A stretch of 64,000 nt of DNA, from positions 474,317 to 538,316 of the forward strand of contig RHPI01002262.1 in assembly GCA_009103225.1 (NCBI GenBank), written 5' to 3'. This stretch comes from Chlorokybus atmophyticus. Lineage: Eukaryota; Plantae; Mesostigma and Chlorokybus algae. Both the position numbers and the translations under genes were made by a program. Within the stretch, counting starts at the first letter, position 1; each line of letters opens with the position of its first letter. The notes beneath the pieces are model-generated. The model searched no databases. It worked only from the letters and a program-made list of their open reading frames with translations, and had not been told where the DNA came from. Below, in pieces: positions 36,666-50,799 of the stretch.

Positions 36666-38536
36666 TGCGTCATTGCACAACGGCTTCCCTTCGCGGCTGG
36701 TGACACACTTCCATTTGTTCAACGCTGCCAAGAGTTCAAGCAGTGCCTTTAGAAACACGTTTGGGTCGGGCCCCACAAGTAGAGCTGAACAAAATCGCAG
36801 CATAACCAATCCACAAACCCGTAAACTTGGGTGGAGTCGACTGAGTGTCTCATTGCATTGTGTGTATGCACCAGAGGGCTGTGGCACTGCGTTGCACTTT
36901 GACTTCACGTTAATAAGTGCATCTGCTTTATGTGTGCAGCAGTAGCACAGCAACCAGCGCTTTGCTTTCGGCAGATTATAGCGGTTGTGCAATTGCCGTG
37001 ATGGTGGTGGTTTGCATGCCAAGCCTATATGTGCTACCTGTGCCAGTAGCTGATGTCAGCCGCTTCATTGTATCAACTGGATGCGCGAGTCTTAAACAGA
37101 ATATGACATCATCAGCTGATGACCATCACCCAGCAGCAACAGATGTTGTTACAGTACAAACTCGAGCAGCACAACCTCCGCTTGCCTTACCACTGTGATA
37201 GGTTATTGCGGCATTGTAATGTTAGTACGTATTACAGCTTGTGTTTAGCAAGCATGGTCAAACAAATGCCCGCCAACAATCTACCCATGGCCACGCCAGC
37301 TGACACCCTGAACACATGGGTGGTAATGACAGTCATGCGGGAGAGTATGCGCATGTTTGCGTGTGTGCAAATGCGTGAAGTTTTACTACACAGCAGCATG
37401 CTGCACATGAACACTATCTGTGTGCGCTGCACATGTGTGCATGATTATATTCATGCAGCCATTGTGACACAAGTAGGAACATTGTCAGAAGGCAAAGTGT
37501 CCGTTGCACGTTTTGTGTGGCACACGTTGTCCATGCGTGCAGTTATGCAACGATCATCCCCTTCATAAATTCTTGACACGAGCCTGCCACCAAACCTCCA
37601 AAGTCCTTGCATGCAAGGAGGACAGTGTGCAAGCGCGTGTGTGTATGCAACTATTTAACTGAGCTAGGTTTAAGGCCATCAGTCAAAGGAACCTCCTTTT
37701 CGGGTGATGCTGAGCGCAAGGCCCCTTCCCTGCGTGGTGGGCAGCAAGAGCAGCTCCTGTGACGTCACGTTACACCCCGCACATGTTGCTCTTCCCGCCA
37801 AGATCGGTGTACGGCGATGTCGCATGTCGCTGAACGCATTGTTGTGTGCGTAACTGCCAGCCCGCATGTATGGTACATACGGTGCACACACGCACTTGTG
37901 TGTACACATACGCATGTGTGTGTGGGCGCGCGCACGGGCGCGTGTGTGTGTGTACTACATGTATGCATCAGTGCGCGTGCGCGTGCGAGTATTTGTTGTG
38001 GCAAGTGTGCACTGCGCTACCCTGATCAAATAAGATGCTGGTCCCGATGCAAACCTCAATGACTAAAACGCAGACAGTAAATATGTTTACTGGTGTTCAC
38101 CCATTGATATCTCACACACCCACCGTCAGGTAGGACATGTACAGCGCCATTGAGTTTGGTTTATACGTAACATGTAACTTCCATGCTGAAGCCTTTCAAG
38201 CAGGTTCCGAGGAAGGTCATTGTGATGCATCTCAAGGATGCTGCCGGCACAGTCCACTCGCGCTTGCACCACACGGTGTTGGGTATCCGTGAGACACCTT
38301 TAGTACAGACACACCGCGCTGGCCGCCACAAACGGCATCGAGTACTTCAAGGGCTGCTGTGGCTGCCGGGTCACTGGCGGGCGTAGGTCACCGGCCCGGC
38401 ACGCCGTTCGGCGTGCACCGGGTGCACGCCCACACACACAAAATCATAGGCATATGCGCTTGCATGCTCACGTACACACGTATCAATGCAGCTCGCACGC
38501 AAACACGTGCAGCCTCATTCTCCAAAGCAAACCACT

Positions 38537-39521
38537 GACAGTCATGCCCAGGAGGCCGCGCTCTCCGCTGCCACTGAAGTCCTGAACACGTCGATGAGGA
38601 CCTTCTTGCTCTTGGGTGCGTGGACGCTATCAACCACAAGCACGCGGTGGAGCTTCTCTGCCATATGCAACAATATTGTGGACAGGGTGGTGACGGTGAT
38701 GACCAGACGGAGGAGATGAAGAAGGGAGGTGAGGAAGAGCGTGCCTATGGGTATGGCTCTGGCGCAGTAGCTTTGGCTTGCGCTGTTTGGTTCACTGTGT
38801 CAGTTGGTGTTGACGACGTCCGTAACGTTGTGGTGGTGGCGAAGATAGCAATTGTGTACGCTTTCGTTGGTTTAAACAAGGCTGTCCTGATCAGTTTATA
38901 CACCTGTTATTTGTACACACATGCTCAAGCAAGCCAGCGATACCAGCAACGAGTGGTTGCTAAGCTTACCCACCCAGCGAGCTTGCACATGAGGCGCCAG
39001 CATTAGGAGCCTTGCAGCATACGTACGGGCCACTACTCAGCTAAAAACCACTGCACAAAAGCTCCTGACTCCTCTCCTCCTTGCCCTCCTCTACCGCCTC
39101 CTTGTCCTGAGCATACATGGGCACTGGGCCCATCACCCAGCTGGCCTATTAAAGACAATTTTCGATATCTGTGTTACTCCAACGATATCGACGACAGTCA
39201 GACACCCCACAGTTTGAAAAACCCACTGTTGTCCGACAGACACTGCACTTTGGCACCGATATTTACGCCAGTGCCCACCTGTGCTTATCACTCTGACAGG
39301 CCAGGCCCTCTGAGCTGCTGGGCCGCGGCGGTGGCGGCGACGGTGTTGGTGTTGCTGGCGTTGAGCACTGTGAGGCGTGGAGGTGGTGAGGTCCTGCGGG
39401 GCCAAGCTTGGCGGAAGGGAAAGCAGGCGGAGTTGCTGCCGGTGGCTGAGTGTGGACCACTCTGGGAGCCCCGGAGCCCGTTACCAGGTTCGGTACGCAT
39501 GCTGCATTTTTCGACAGACAC
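38537..39521. pseudogene. GC-rich exon-like islands; possible small or decayed gene, strand unresolved
   Basis: A minus-strand join GLS-D|EPNSASQ...IPIGTLFLTSLLHLLRLVITVTTLSTILL...SWA* is phase-compatible. The plus strand also shows a CAG acceptor near 39300 and a GTACGC donor near 39493. No recognisable domain. Confidence 0.25.
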
Positions 39522-40395
39522 GCTGTGCTCAATGTGCTCGGATTACCTGCTTTATGTCGTAGCCCCAGCGGTGGCTTTCATGCGCCTTGCCTTACACCTA
39601 GCTATTGTCAAGCCAGCCTGCGTTGTTACAAGAGCACACACTCGTTGATGAGCAGACACGCCACACGACCAGCACGCATCCGCTGGCCTACATAGGTGTA
39701 AGCTCCTAGGTGGGCGGTATCAAGTTAGTCGACCAAGCTGAAGTTGGCGAGAGCTGGTCGCATGCTTATCAGCAAATCAAGCATAGGAAAAGCTTGACAC
39801 ACATGCAAGAGTTGCATGTGGACATGAATTCAAAGCACAATTGCAGCATGCAGATGAATCTGAGACCAGCGCCGCTATTTCAGCGGATTGGGGTAATCAT
39901 GCACGCACAATCACTATGATAGTTGTCGATATGCCAGCTTTCCTTGGGGTTGGTAACTCTAGTTTGCACGCATGTCTATGCTTGTACTGTATACACCTTC
40001 ACCTTCGACATAACTAAGTGCCGTATAGTGTTTGTGTGTCAAAACGTCAGTGCCATGGTTTGGTTTCAATTGCATTGCTTTTACCGGTCAAGGGCATAAG
40101 TGTCAAGCACACAAGCCAGTGAGCTATGAGTACAACCGCACACAAAGGTCCAGCATGCGTGTTGCCCGTTGCGGAGGTAAGTCTTAGGATCTCAAGGCAA
40201 CCGTGTGATATCAACTTGCAGACCGCATGGTGACACGGGTTCATAGCGATAGGAACTGCTGACGCTGCGCGTGCTGCTTTCCAGCGAGCATGCTGGAGGT
40301 CTCCACATGTACTCTCTTAACGCGTTGGCTGGCACCTGTACATAGGTGGTAGACCGCCGACCGCGTCTGCCAGAGGTTAGCGCTCACTGAGCGAC

Positions 40396-42220
40396 ATGGC
40401 AATGGGAAACATTCGCGACACTCTACACTCTACAGTGAGTTCCCACATCCGAACTTGTGTGTGCATGTGAGGGCTCCAGTGCAGGTGCTATGTCATCTCA
40501 ATTTTGTGCACGCGTGGGTTCAGGCAGGTTTCATGTGTGCGCAAATGTTTACGCATACATGCTTGAGCCGCCACTATGCGCTTGTGTTGATTGTTACAGG
40601 CAGAACCTCACCTGCCAACATGCATTACCAATCTGCTTGTCCGAGAGCAAAGGTGGTCCCGCACCACTTGCGCGGACGCCCCCGCGCCTATCAGAACCGG
40701 TATGTGTTTCCTAATGCATTTGCTGCTAGACTACATGCATGCACAGACGCACGCCCGCCTACATGCGCGCGTCTGCGCATGCATGTAGGGTACAAACCTC
40801 TGTGCAGGCATTTTGCGAAAATTCGTACAAAGCAGTACACCAGTGAGCCGCTTGCACGCAGTTTGCAAACGACAGCTGGCACTACAACCCCTCTGCACAA
40901 GCGTAGCAGATATGGAATCGCTGCATCTAGCTCTCTTTGGTAAATTAACAGTTTTTCAGAACTGCTTCCTATAGCAGGGGCTTTGTATGACAGCTCTGCA
41001 GCTTTCAACGATGCACTTGAGCAGCCTGCACACGACAGCGGGCAAGTGTGCGTTGCTGTGTGATTGGTGACTGTTTGATATGTCTTTAATGGTATTCAAC
41101 GCAAACACGCACATGCATTGCATACGCGCTTATAACCATGTGCTACGAATGCACACACGCGTGCGCATACGCGATCAAAACAAACACAGATACGAATATG
41201 CACGCAGATGAGCGACCTCTGGCTAGCGAGATCTATCTGCACACGGCAATGCTGGGCTTATGCAAAATTCGGTATGATAACCTGTTGAGTTGATGGAAGT
41301 CATCCGTAAGTGCGCAACAAGGCAACTGACAGCAATGCAGTCAGCCCCATTGGCTATGCGAAGCGAGCAATGGAGATGGTCACTCAGGTAGAAAAGTCTA
41401 GAAGTTACTGGTTCAAGCATGACGCATCGGCGCTGTTGTTCAATTGGAATGACAACTTGGCAGCGCCACGGTGGTTGACATATGAAGACCCCTAATGCAG
41501 CGGCAGGGGTAGCGCGGCTGTTTCGTGCACATGCGCCTGTACTGGCTTTACAAGTTGCACAATGCAACGGGTGTTTTGTTTGCGGGAGACTCTGCTTGCA
41601 TGCGGCGGCATATGTGTATGGCGCCATCTACGTTGCAGCGATAACACACGAAACAAGTTTTCTGCTCAGATGAGCAACGCAAGGAGTGCACGCATGAAGA
41701 CTACATGTACTCAGCATCATGCTTGGCAATGGTAATTGTCCATTGCCTTTCGTGCAATGCTGTTCAACAAAATGTTTTGGATGAACGGTCAACACGCATG
41801 CTGGTTGATCATTCTTGAACCCACGCACGTGCATGTTTTTATCAGCCTGTGCAAAGGCCTGTGTACTGCAGAAGAAGTACATGACTAGTAAAGTTTCCCT
41901 CATGTGCGTTTCCTTTTGCTGCACAGGAAGACAAAAGCGTGGTGGGCATGAGTGACGTCAAGTGCCGCTCCGACTATGTCACTCTGCATGCTGCTGACTG
42001 TGCATGCCACTATGCATGTGCATTGCCTTTTCGTATTGTATGTACGTACATGCAGGAGGTAATGGTCGGTTACCGTGTCAAGGGCATCGGCGCCCCCAAC
42101 AGCCTCATGCGCAGCATTTACAGATGGACAACTCCGCAATGCTTGTGGCTGCTCAACACCCTCAATACCGTCACTGACTTGAAGAAATTTGGGAGTCTCC
42201 GCCCAAGCTCGTGTGGTTAA
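40396..42220 (+). pseudogene. Chain of exon-like segments of an unrecognised or decayed gene
   Basis: ATG at 40396 with donor GTGAGT at 40435; exon 40600-40699 with donor GTATGT; further CAG-bounded blocks near 41341, 41927 and 42055 (EVMVGYRVKGIGAPNSLMRSIYRW). I could not build a fully phase-consistent model and recognised no homology. Confidence 0.25.
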
Positions 42221-42389
42221 TGGAAAGCATAATCGAAAGGCTTGGTTGCTAATGCGTGCATCCTGTATGCTGATGTGCTGTGCTGGCGGTGTGTGCCTTG
42301 GTAGTCATGTGGTTTTGGAGCCTCACATCTTCAAAGAGCATGATGCATAATTGTCTTCTTTGAACTTGTGTGCGAGTATATGAACCACA

Positions 42390-42900
42390 AGTGTACTCTA
42401 CTGTGTATGTGTTTACATACATATATACACATACATGATATGTATACATAGCTAGACATATATATGTGTGTATATATGTATATATATATATATATATAAT
42501 TGTATTCATAAATATACTTACACACACATACACATATACACGAACACGATATGTACATATATTTCAACGTATATATATCTGTAGCATATAGCACATACAT
42601 TCATTTAATTTAAAATGTATGTATACACATACATAAGTTATCTATTATCGATGTATGTGTGCAAAACATATATATGTATATATATATATGTCCATATATA
42701 CATATATGTATATATGCATATATGTATGTATGTATATATACATATATGTATATATAGTAACGTACGTATAGTAATGTATAATACAATATAATACATATAA
42801 CAATTTTTTGAATATTTTAATATACAACATATGCTATTCATATGTGCATGTGTATGTGTGCATATGTACATATCATGCTATGCACGTACTATAGTATTTG
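42390..42900. repeat. Degenerate (TA)/(TACA)/(TATG) microsatellite-like AT-rich tract
   Basis: Near-continuous TATATA/TACATA/TATGTA runs over about 500 bp. Confidence 0.9.
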
Positions 42901-45488
42901 TATGCACAGTTTTGTTACTGTATTTCTTCAAATGTGATTTTGCTCAGTGCCTTTCAAGGGACTATGTTGAGTCAACATAATCGTAATTATGCCTGCACGC
43001 GTTTTAAGACTATTGCGTTCTATACCGTCAAATGCAATGCCCTCGCCATAACAAGAAACCTTCGTGACAGACCGTGTTTTTATAGTGCGTGTAGACTGTA
43101 GTATGACTCAGATCATAATGGGTCAAGCAGCGCCGCAGTACAGTGTATGTCATCATTATGTGAATGATCCCAATGATGACTGGCATTGAAACATTAATAG
43201 TTGTAATTACTCAAAACGTAACACGGGCATCGTAGCCACCAGGCTTTTGCAGCAAAAGTCGCTGCCATAGGAGGAATTACATGCCATTAATACATGTCCC
43301 ATAATGGTTATGGGACATGTATTTATTTCAGTGTTATGTAAACGGAAATCGGAAGGCTAACACATTAGCATGCATATCAACATATGAACATTGCAAGAGT
43401 GTTCCATTGCATGCAGTACATTAAGCTACATGTGCATATGTGAAAGGCTGCATTAGACACAACAATTGTTTACTATAAGCTTGTGGTAAATTAAACTTAA
43501 GTTTAATACATTTTTTAATATTTGTATTCTATTGGTGAATAACGGATCACATGCTCAGTGAACAATAGATAAACCTTTATAATTTATGCATGATTTGGCT
43601 TGTTTGAGTACAACAGTTAAACATGTAACCTAATGTTATACTTTGATGGATATGACACTAGCATAAAAATATCAGCCACTTTAATATGACACGTACGTTT
43701 TATATCCATGTATAGACCGTTTATCGTCGGTCATATATGCATATAAATATGCAACGGTTACGCGTGTCAGATATGAGACTTATGCAATGTACAAATTTTT
43801 GCAACATGTGATATACAACTGAGAAATATAATGTTCAATTGTAACAATGTACAAAGTTATTTGTGAACAAACATGTTTCACCAGCTGTACATCAAAGAAT
43901 CCTTGTTTGATGTATGATATCAAATAATGTTTTCTCTGTTTTATGCATGCTTTTTGCAGCAAATTAAGACTCATACTCGACATGTGGCTTTTTGCGGCAG
44001 CAACTTTTGCTGTCATATAATAATTCTTACTTAACAGGCAATGACTTAGGATAATCCATTCATATATCATCAGGTATAGTATTGGGATCAACCGATTTAC
44101 AATAAAGATTCCAAAGTATGTAAGCTGATAGGTGTTTTCACATTACCGCAGAAACATTGAGCCGATTTTGCACTTGTTATATATCTTACAATTTATAGCA
44201 TAGTCTACTCGGGCTACAAGTATCGGTTATGTAGGTTTAAATGCCTTGTGAACATAAAATCTCCAGGGGCCGATGGTTTACCTACTAAATACTGTTGGTC
44301 GTAAGTAATACTTTTACCGACATGTACATATATTTTTTGTATGAAATTCTCGTAAATTGATAGAGCATACGGGTCGCACGTTGCGTGACGCCGCTGGCTC
44401 ACTGTAGGTAAAAGTATGCTTACAAAGCAAAATGCGAAGCATTATGCACTTATGCTGTCTATATGCATACTTTAAAGTTATATATATATATATATGTAAA
44501 TAAATATACCTATATAATGGTGTATATTGATGCCTTATGTGCATATGTTTTTTGGGACCATGTATATACTTATGAGGTGAATAGACCCATTGTAGACTTA
44601 TTATCTTTGTAAATCATGCATGCGGCTCTATTGTTTACGAATAGTACTTACTACTGCGCTGTGCTGCTTGCATTGAAAACGCATGTAATGAAAAAGAGCA
44701 TATTTCATATATCATGAGCACAGTCATGTACAATGGAACCCCCTCCCATTCTTACATAAGTGTAACAGCCTGGAGCATTTTCTGTATTTTCTGTATTTAT
44801 TGTACATAAAGCACTTGCTTTGCCGTTTTTGCTAGCCCTATGAAGGCTAATTAAGGGGTGCTCGGCTGCAGCGCGCGACTGCACCTGCGACCTACCCGTG
44901 GCAGCTGACTGCCGGCGACGTGACCTACTGCCAGGCAGCAGTGACGTCGTTGCTGACTGGACCCGCGCTGTGCAGAGGCACATGATGTGACGCGGACTGC
45001 CCAGTGCGCGAGTGGCAGCAGCCTGCACTTGGTCCCGTACTTTGGATTTGCTGTTCGTGAATAAATTGCCCTTTAATTAGGCTGCTATTTCCTTGTGCTT
45101 GTATAATAGGAAAACCCTCTGTGTAATACCAACTATGCTTTCTGCTCTCTGCTGTGAGTGTGCTGGTGTATGCTTGAGAGAGGTGTCATCCAAGGCACAC
45201 TGCTGCGTTCTTGCTTGGCGTGAGATATAGTAGTTTGCGTGTGCGTGTGCGCGCTTGACGCATGCGTGCGCAAAGGAAGGCGAGGTTCCGGTGTGAAGAC
45301 TGTGCTCAGCTGCACACATGTGTTGTGTGACTTGTGTGCTGTGTATGTGAGCACGAGCATCGTTACAATAAGTTCCCCACCTGTGTTGATGCGATTCCCC
45401 TCGAGAGCTCATAAAACATTCAATGTTTTGTATAAAGTTCACAGCCCCAAATACATGCTGTATCTGTGCTGTGAGGGAGAGGGGAAGG

Positions 45489-45497
45489 NNNNNNNNN
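45489..45497. other. Small assembly gap (9 N)
   Basis: N run inside a G-rich stretch. Confidence 1.
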
Positions 45498-48400
45498 GGG
45501 GGCATTGAACAAGTGGGGGACTCGAATTAAACAGTTTACACTTGTGAGCAAGCGTAAGTTACATCGTGTAACTCTCGAGCGTCAAGTGCAAATCACGGTA
45601 CATAGCTCTGACAAAAAACGGGCTTGCATTGTTCGGGGGCTTGTAAGCATAAGTTACAAGACGCGCAAAGCATGGAGGAGGGTTTATCCGAGAAAAATAA
45701 CATGCACATATATGTCATGTGACATACATATGCATATTTGTACGAGCGTTGCGCATGCCGAAGTGAGGCTCATCACGCTATGAGTGCACCACGTGCAAGA
45801 ATGTGAATGTTAAATGTTTCGGCCTTTAGCACATCATTACGACTTTTCTTCGTTCATGTGTTATACACTGCTTGTATGCGTGTGTGTATGTGTGGGTGAT
45901 CTTAAAAAGAATAAGTAATGCCTTTATAATGTGCACTATAAAGGAAAGATGTTACCTTCGCAATTGAGTTATTGCGTATGGCGCATATTGTGTGCTTGTA
46001 TAATCAGTATGTCTACTTAATGCACAACACTTACTACAATCTGTACGTGTGCCGCATTGTAATGTCTGGACCTTTCTTACATTATAAGTGAAAAGCGCAT
46101 GTACGCGCGTGTGTGGGATACTTTCTATGTGCGATTGCACAAGCAGCGCGGTATTAGGGATATAATTAATCACCATTATCATGTGGTGCACAAATGTTTT
46201 AACAATCGGAAACATGCACGGCGTTTAAGCATAACAATGTGCAACCACAATTTTATATTTGGCAGTCGATGAACCTCCCACAGCTACCATTTAACCTGGT
46301 CTGATCTCATCAACCAATACGCATCGTACACCTATAATCTCTATAGCATAACAGGGAATCCATGAATTACGTACGCAACAAACTCGCGTCAAGAGTTCTG
46401 TGTGCAAATGCTTGCATGCACGCCCACATGCCCATGCATGCGCGCGCGCACGTGTGTTTTTGTGTCGCGCGCAGGGGGGGGGGGGCGGCGGCGGGCGTGC
46501 GTGTCGCCGTGAGTGCGTGAGTAATATATGTTAACTTACCGTGCGCGCACAAGCACACGTGTGGTTGAGCTTGTATAAGTGCAGGTCTGGTTGCATGTAC
46601 AATTAAGTGTGCATATACATTGCATGTGGCGCGTGTGTGCTTGTGCATTGTACGAAGCCGCATCATCTTGTGCAAACGCGCCGCAAATAACTGACAACTG
46701 TTGGCAAGAATGTACTTGCACCACATGCCGCTGCGGAGCAAGCTGCCAGCAGCAAGCTCAAACCCTGATGCATGCAGATTCTATCGCTGCTCGTGTGTGT
46801 GTGCACATGTGCACGTGGGTGCCTGCATACATGCGAGTGTGTGCAAGTGCTGGTGGGTGATTGTGTGCGTAATGCGTGCAATTGTCTGTATGCACGAGTA
46901 TGTGCCTCTGTGTGTATACATGGGTGCGACGGTGGTGTTTGTGCCACTTTAAATGCATGCAGGCAAGCACGCCGCGTATGTCTCTTTGAGCGTGCATGCG
47001 TGTGGGAAATTATATTTGCGTGCGTCGTAGGAAACTATCAAATAAACTGGATAACCTAGTACCTTTTACTATCAGCCCTGCCAGTTGCCTGCTGAGAAGG
47101 AGGCGCGCAGCAGTGGGAGCGGGCAGCGGCGGCAGAAAGTAACAAAACACGCACATGCTTGCGCGTACACACCAACACATACGCAGAATCTCACCTGCTG
47201 GCAGGCTCCGCCGCCGCTCTCGCCGCCCCCCTGACCTGAGCCGGCATGGCCGCCTGCTCGCGTGGGCTTCATGACAGTGGCCAGGCCAGCTTGGCCTGGC
47301 CAATGGCATGCGCATGAACAGAAATTTGTTGGCAACGCTCGCAGGGCACGTGTGTTGGATACAACGTGGCGCCTGGCGGGAACGAGCATGGTGCCTCTCA
47401 CCCTGCAGGCTTGTATATAAGTCCAAAGATTCGAAAGGCCGCGACCCTCTGGGTGGTATCTTGGGCAAGCCGTGTGACCTGCAAGGTGCGAAGAGACATG
47501 ACTCTATGTTCCTGATTTGCGTACGGTACAGATTTGGTTATCCAGACTTTGTGGCAGTACTGTCAGAGCACTGCAAGTGCGCTCCGCACTACAGCTTGTA
47601 TAACCGCCGAAGTTGGCAAGCCAGCTGGCTGTGTTTTGTCAGCCATCATTGGCAGGACGACGGGTCCCGCGGGCCGCACTCCCGCCCTGCCACCGCCTGT
47701 TTAAGGTTTAGCTCGTAGCTTTGTTTTGCTGGCCATGCGACAACGACAGTGCCGCTCTCAGTCAGCTGGCTGCAGTTTTACCACCCTCAGCACTTGGCTG
47801 TAAGCATGAGCTAAACATCGCCAATCATCGTGTGCGCAGCAATTCCTCTGCAATGGTAATATCTTTGCCAGGATCTGGTACCGCCGGTGATTTGAAGGCC
47901 ACACGAGAGAATAGTGTCAGCAACCTGATGTAAATAACCGTGATAACGGCTTTTGAAAGTTCTGGACGTGAACTGTGTGAAGAAAATATTATTAATTGTT
48001 CCAAACATTGTGCAATGGAGCAGCCCAGTCCCTTGTGGCGCAAACGGCCTTCTGCCCGCGCTCTATCACTTACATACGTGATGTACACTGCACATTGTAC
48101 AGCGTATCTGATCACGCCGGCAGTACATGCCAAATTTCAACCCCCTTCCAGAGCTATGCACAATTCATGTATACTAAAAGTCAAGCTAGATGCCAATACA
48201 TAATGCATACATCAAAGCCGCCAGTCAAAATATGGTCACCCTGTACATGTAGCCTGTCGAGACTGACAACGCTGTCGGACATCACCAGCTGCGAAGTCCG
48301 ACTAACTACCAGTCATAGCGGGTTGTATTGGATATTGCATGGGGCCATCCTTCACGCGTTGTCGCAGACCAAGTTGTCGGTATGCGGCGCTTGATTTTTG

Positions 48401-50799
48401 ATCCAAGACTCGCGTTGTCAGAGGTACCTGAGTACATGCAGGTCCCCTGTCCCGCCTTAAACTTATTGGTACAGTGTTCCAGTGATGACAAAGGTCGCGT
48501 TGTTCCTCGAGCCATTGTACAATTGAGCTGTCAATACAAGTTGCTCATTGGTCAGCCGTACTGTGCTGCATGTCCTGTGCAAACACAAACACAGCACACC
48601 GGACGGTCATGAGCACCGTTCAGAATGCCGACTTGCAGGTACTGCTTGTGTAACTTGTCACTTAAGCTCCATACTATCAATGTAAAGTTGAACTTATGTC
48701 TTATTATTACTCTACAACTTGTTCAGCATGAACCGACGCGCGTAGCAAGTTGCGCCTGCCAGTTCGTGGCTTGCTGGCCGATCACTAACGCGCCATCACT
48801 GTTGGTTTGGTTGTTAGGTTGCGGTTTATGGAGACTTACCGTAGGCCTCCCGCGCTGTACTTGCATGGACGCTTTTTGGCCCGCGGACATGAAGGCGGGA
48901 GACAAAGCAGAGCAGAACGCTCCGTATACTTCAAGAAATACAAACCCCGCGTCATTGTCGCTGTTTATTGAGCTGCTGAACACCGTCATGTAAAAAGTGT
49001 TGCATATAGCATGGATACTGAATTATGCCTTGGTCTATAGCGCGTCAGTTGCGGCGCGCTATTCCCCCGCTAGGGACAGCTTAGTGGTGCTGCTCTGACC
49101 GGCATAGCCTCTGAACACTTCATGCATTGTGTGCATATAATATTCACTACTGTGTTCTCTCCGCTTGCAGTTATCCTCTGGCATGAGCATAAGTGGCAAG
49201 GCGTAGTCGAAATAACGGCAGTACGGCAAATGAATTGAAGGGTGGTTGCCCCGCTGAGTCCATTCAATGCATCGCCACAAGAGCCTCATGCAGGATTTTT
49301 CGAGAGAGATATTGAGATATTGTCCAAGCTCACCGACAAGCAGTTGCCGGCGGTTGGAGAGGCGCTATCGGTCAGCAGTTTGGAGCACAACCGGTCGTAG
49401 GAAGGAGCAGCTGCCGGACAGCAAGGGGCTCAAAAGCTGCAAAAAGCAAGGGGCGGCGGCGGGTCGGCGGTTAGGGTAAGCGCGGGCTGCCTACTGACAG
49501 TACAGTGCATGGGACAGGGGGAAGCCCTTGCATAACGTTATCTTGGCCGCGGCGGCCGCGCTGAGCGCAGGCTAACGTTCTCTCTTCGTCGCCCATGCAC
49601 AAAGAGGCGCCAGCAGCGGCAGCTTCTACTGCATGCCTGTGCAAGCAGCTGCGGCGGCGGTGGCGGCGGTGTAGCCGGCGTGTACCTGAAGCTGTCGTGG
49701 GGATCGGCACGGCTGGGCGTTCCTGAGCTGCGATCTGTCACCCCAGCTGCGTATTGCATGCCTCTAGCCGGCGATCTACTGCGCTGCACCATCACTGTGC
49801 TTCACGGACTTGCTCGCCTACAGGTGATGATCGGGCATAGATCCAGCCTGCCTGAGCGCCTTTCCTTGCTGTGGCGTGGTCTGAGAGGTTAATGTCTGCG
49901 TTTTCAAGCCGTTTCTGGTGCACCATTGCATAATGCCAGCACGATCTTGGAGTGACCCCACTACGGCTGTTGTCCGGGGTGTTTCTTGCCAGATCTAAGC
50001 CGTTGAGGGTTGCTGTAGCCAGTGTTGGTCATGCTTGGCCTGTTCTTGTTGGTCGTTGTACGGTATCTGGCCGTCAACAAGATGTGTATGGTGCACCACC
50101 TTGTAGCCTGGATCGGCGCTAGTTTCTTGCGTCCGTCAAGGCACGGGTCAGTGCAAGCCTCTATTGCCATATTAGACTCGGTTTGTCACCTGGAAACCAT
50201 AGATCCAAGCGCTAGTGGTCATTAGCATCCGTTTGTTGTAGCGCTTTCCACTGCCAGCCCATGCGGTCGTGCCGTGTTAGAGTTCGTTGTTCTTTGCTTC
50301 ATTACCTCGCTGTTGCTGTTTGCTCGCTCGGCATGCACAACACGATCTTGATGCTTTGGCCTGTCTTCGCGATATATGTCAGTGGATAGGTTATCTGCGT
50401 TTGGTAGAAACTCTTTGCAGCAGCAACCTGTAGACGATCTAGCACGCTGCAGTGCTCACATTTGCTCCAAACCTCAGCTGACTGGTTGTTGCTGTTGCAG
50501 TTGCACACATGCACACAAGCTTGCTAGCGTTGGCGCTTCGACTCTTGTAGTGTTGGAGCCAAGCCGATTACGCCTTGTAAATCTTGTTCGTTTACCAATG
50601 GCATCCTAATGCAACTGCTGGTACGTATGCATCCCGTCTTTATTTCGATCAGGGCCACAAGCTCTTCCCAACAGCTGCACAATCAGTGCATGCGTGCAAG
50701 CACCATGCTAATTGCGGTTTTGCATGCAGCACAACACGGTTCGGGAGAGATTGCGGCAGCTCCCAAGCCGAATTCTCAGCTTGGCCTTTCGATCTAGGC

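Noticed and set aside
44214-44402. Short minus-strand ORF in AT-rich DNA
   Set aside because: 62 aa with no recognisable motif and no splice support.
47278-47302. 11-bp-arm palindrome TGGCCAGGCCA-GCT-TGGCCTGGCCA
   Set aside because: Short, built from low-complexity GGCC units, and plausible by chance in GC-rich sequence.
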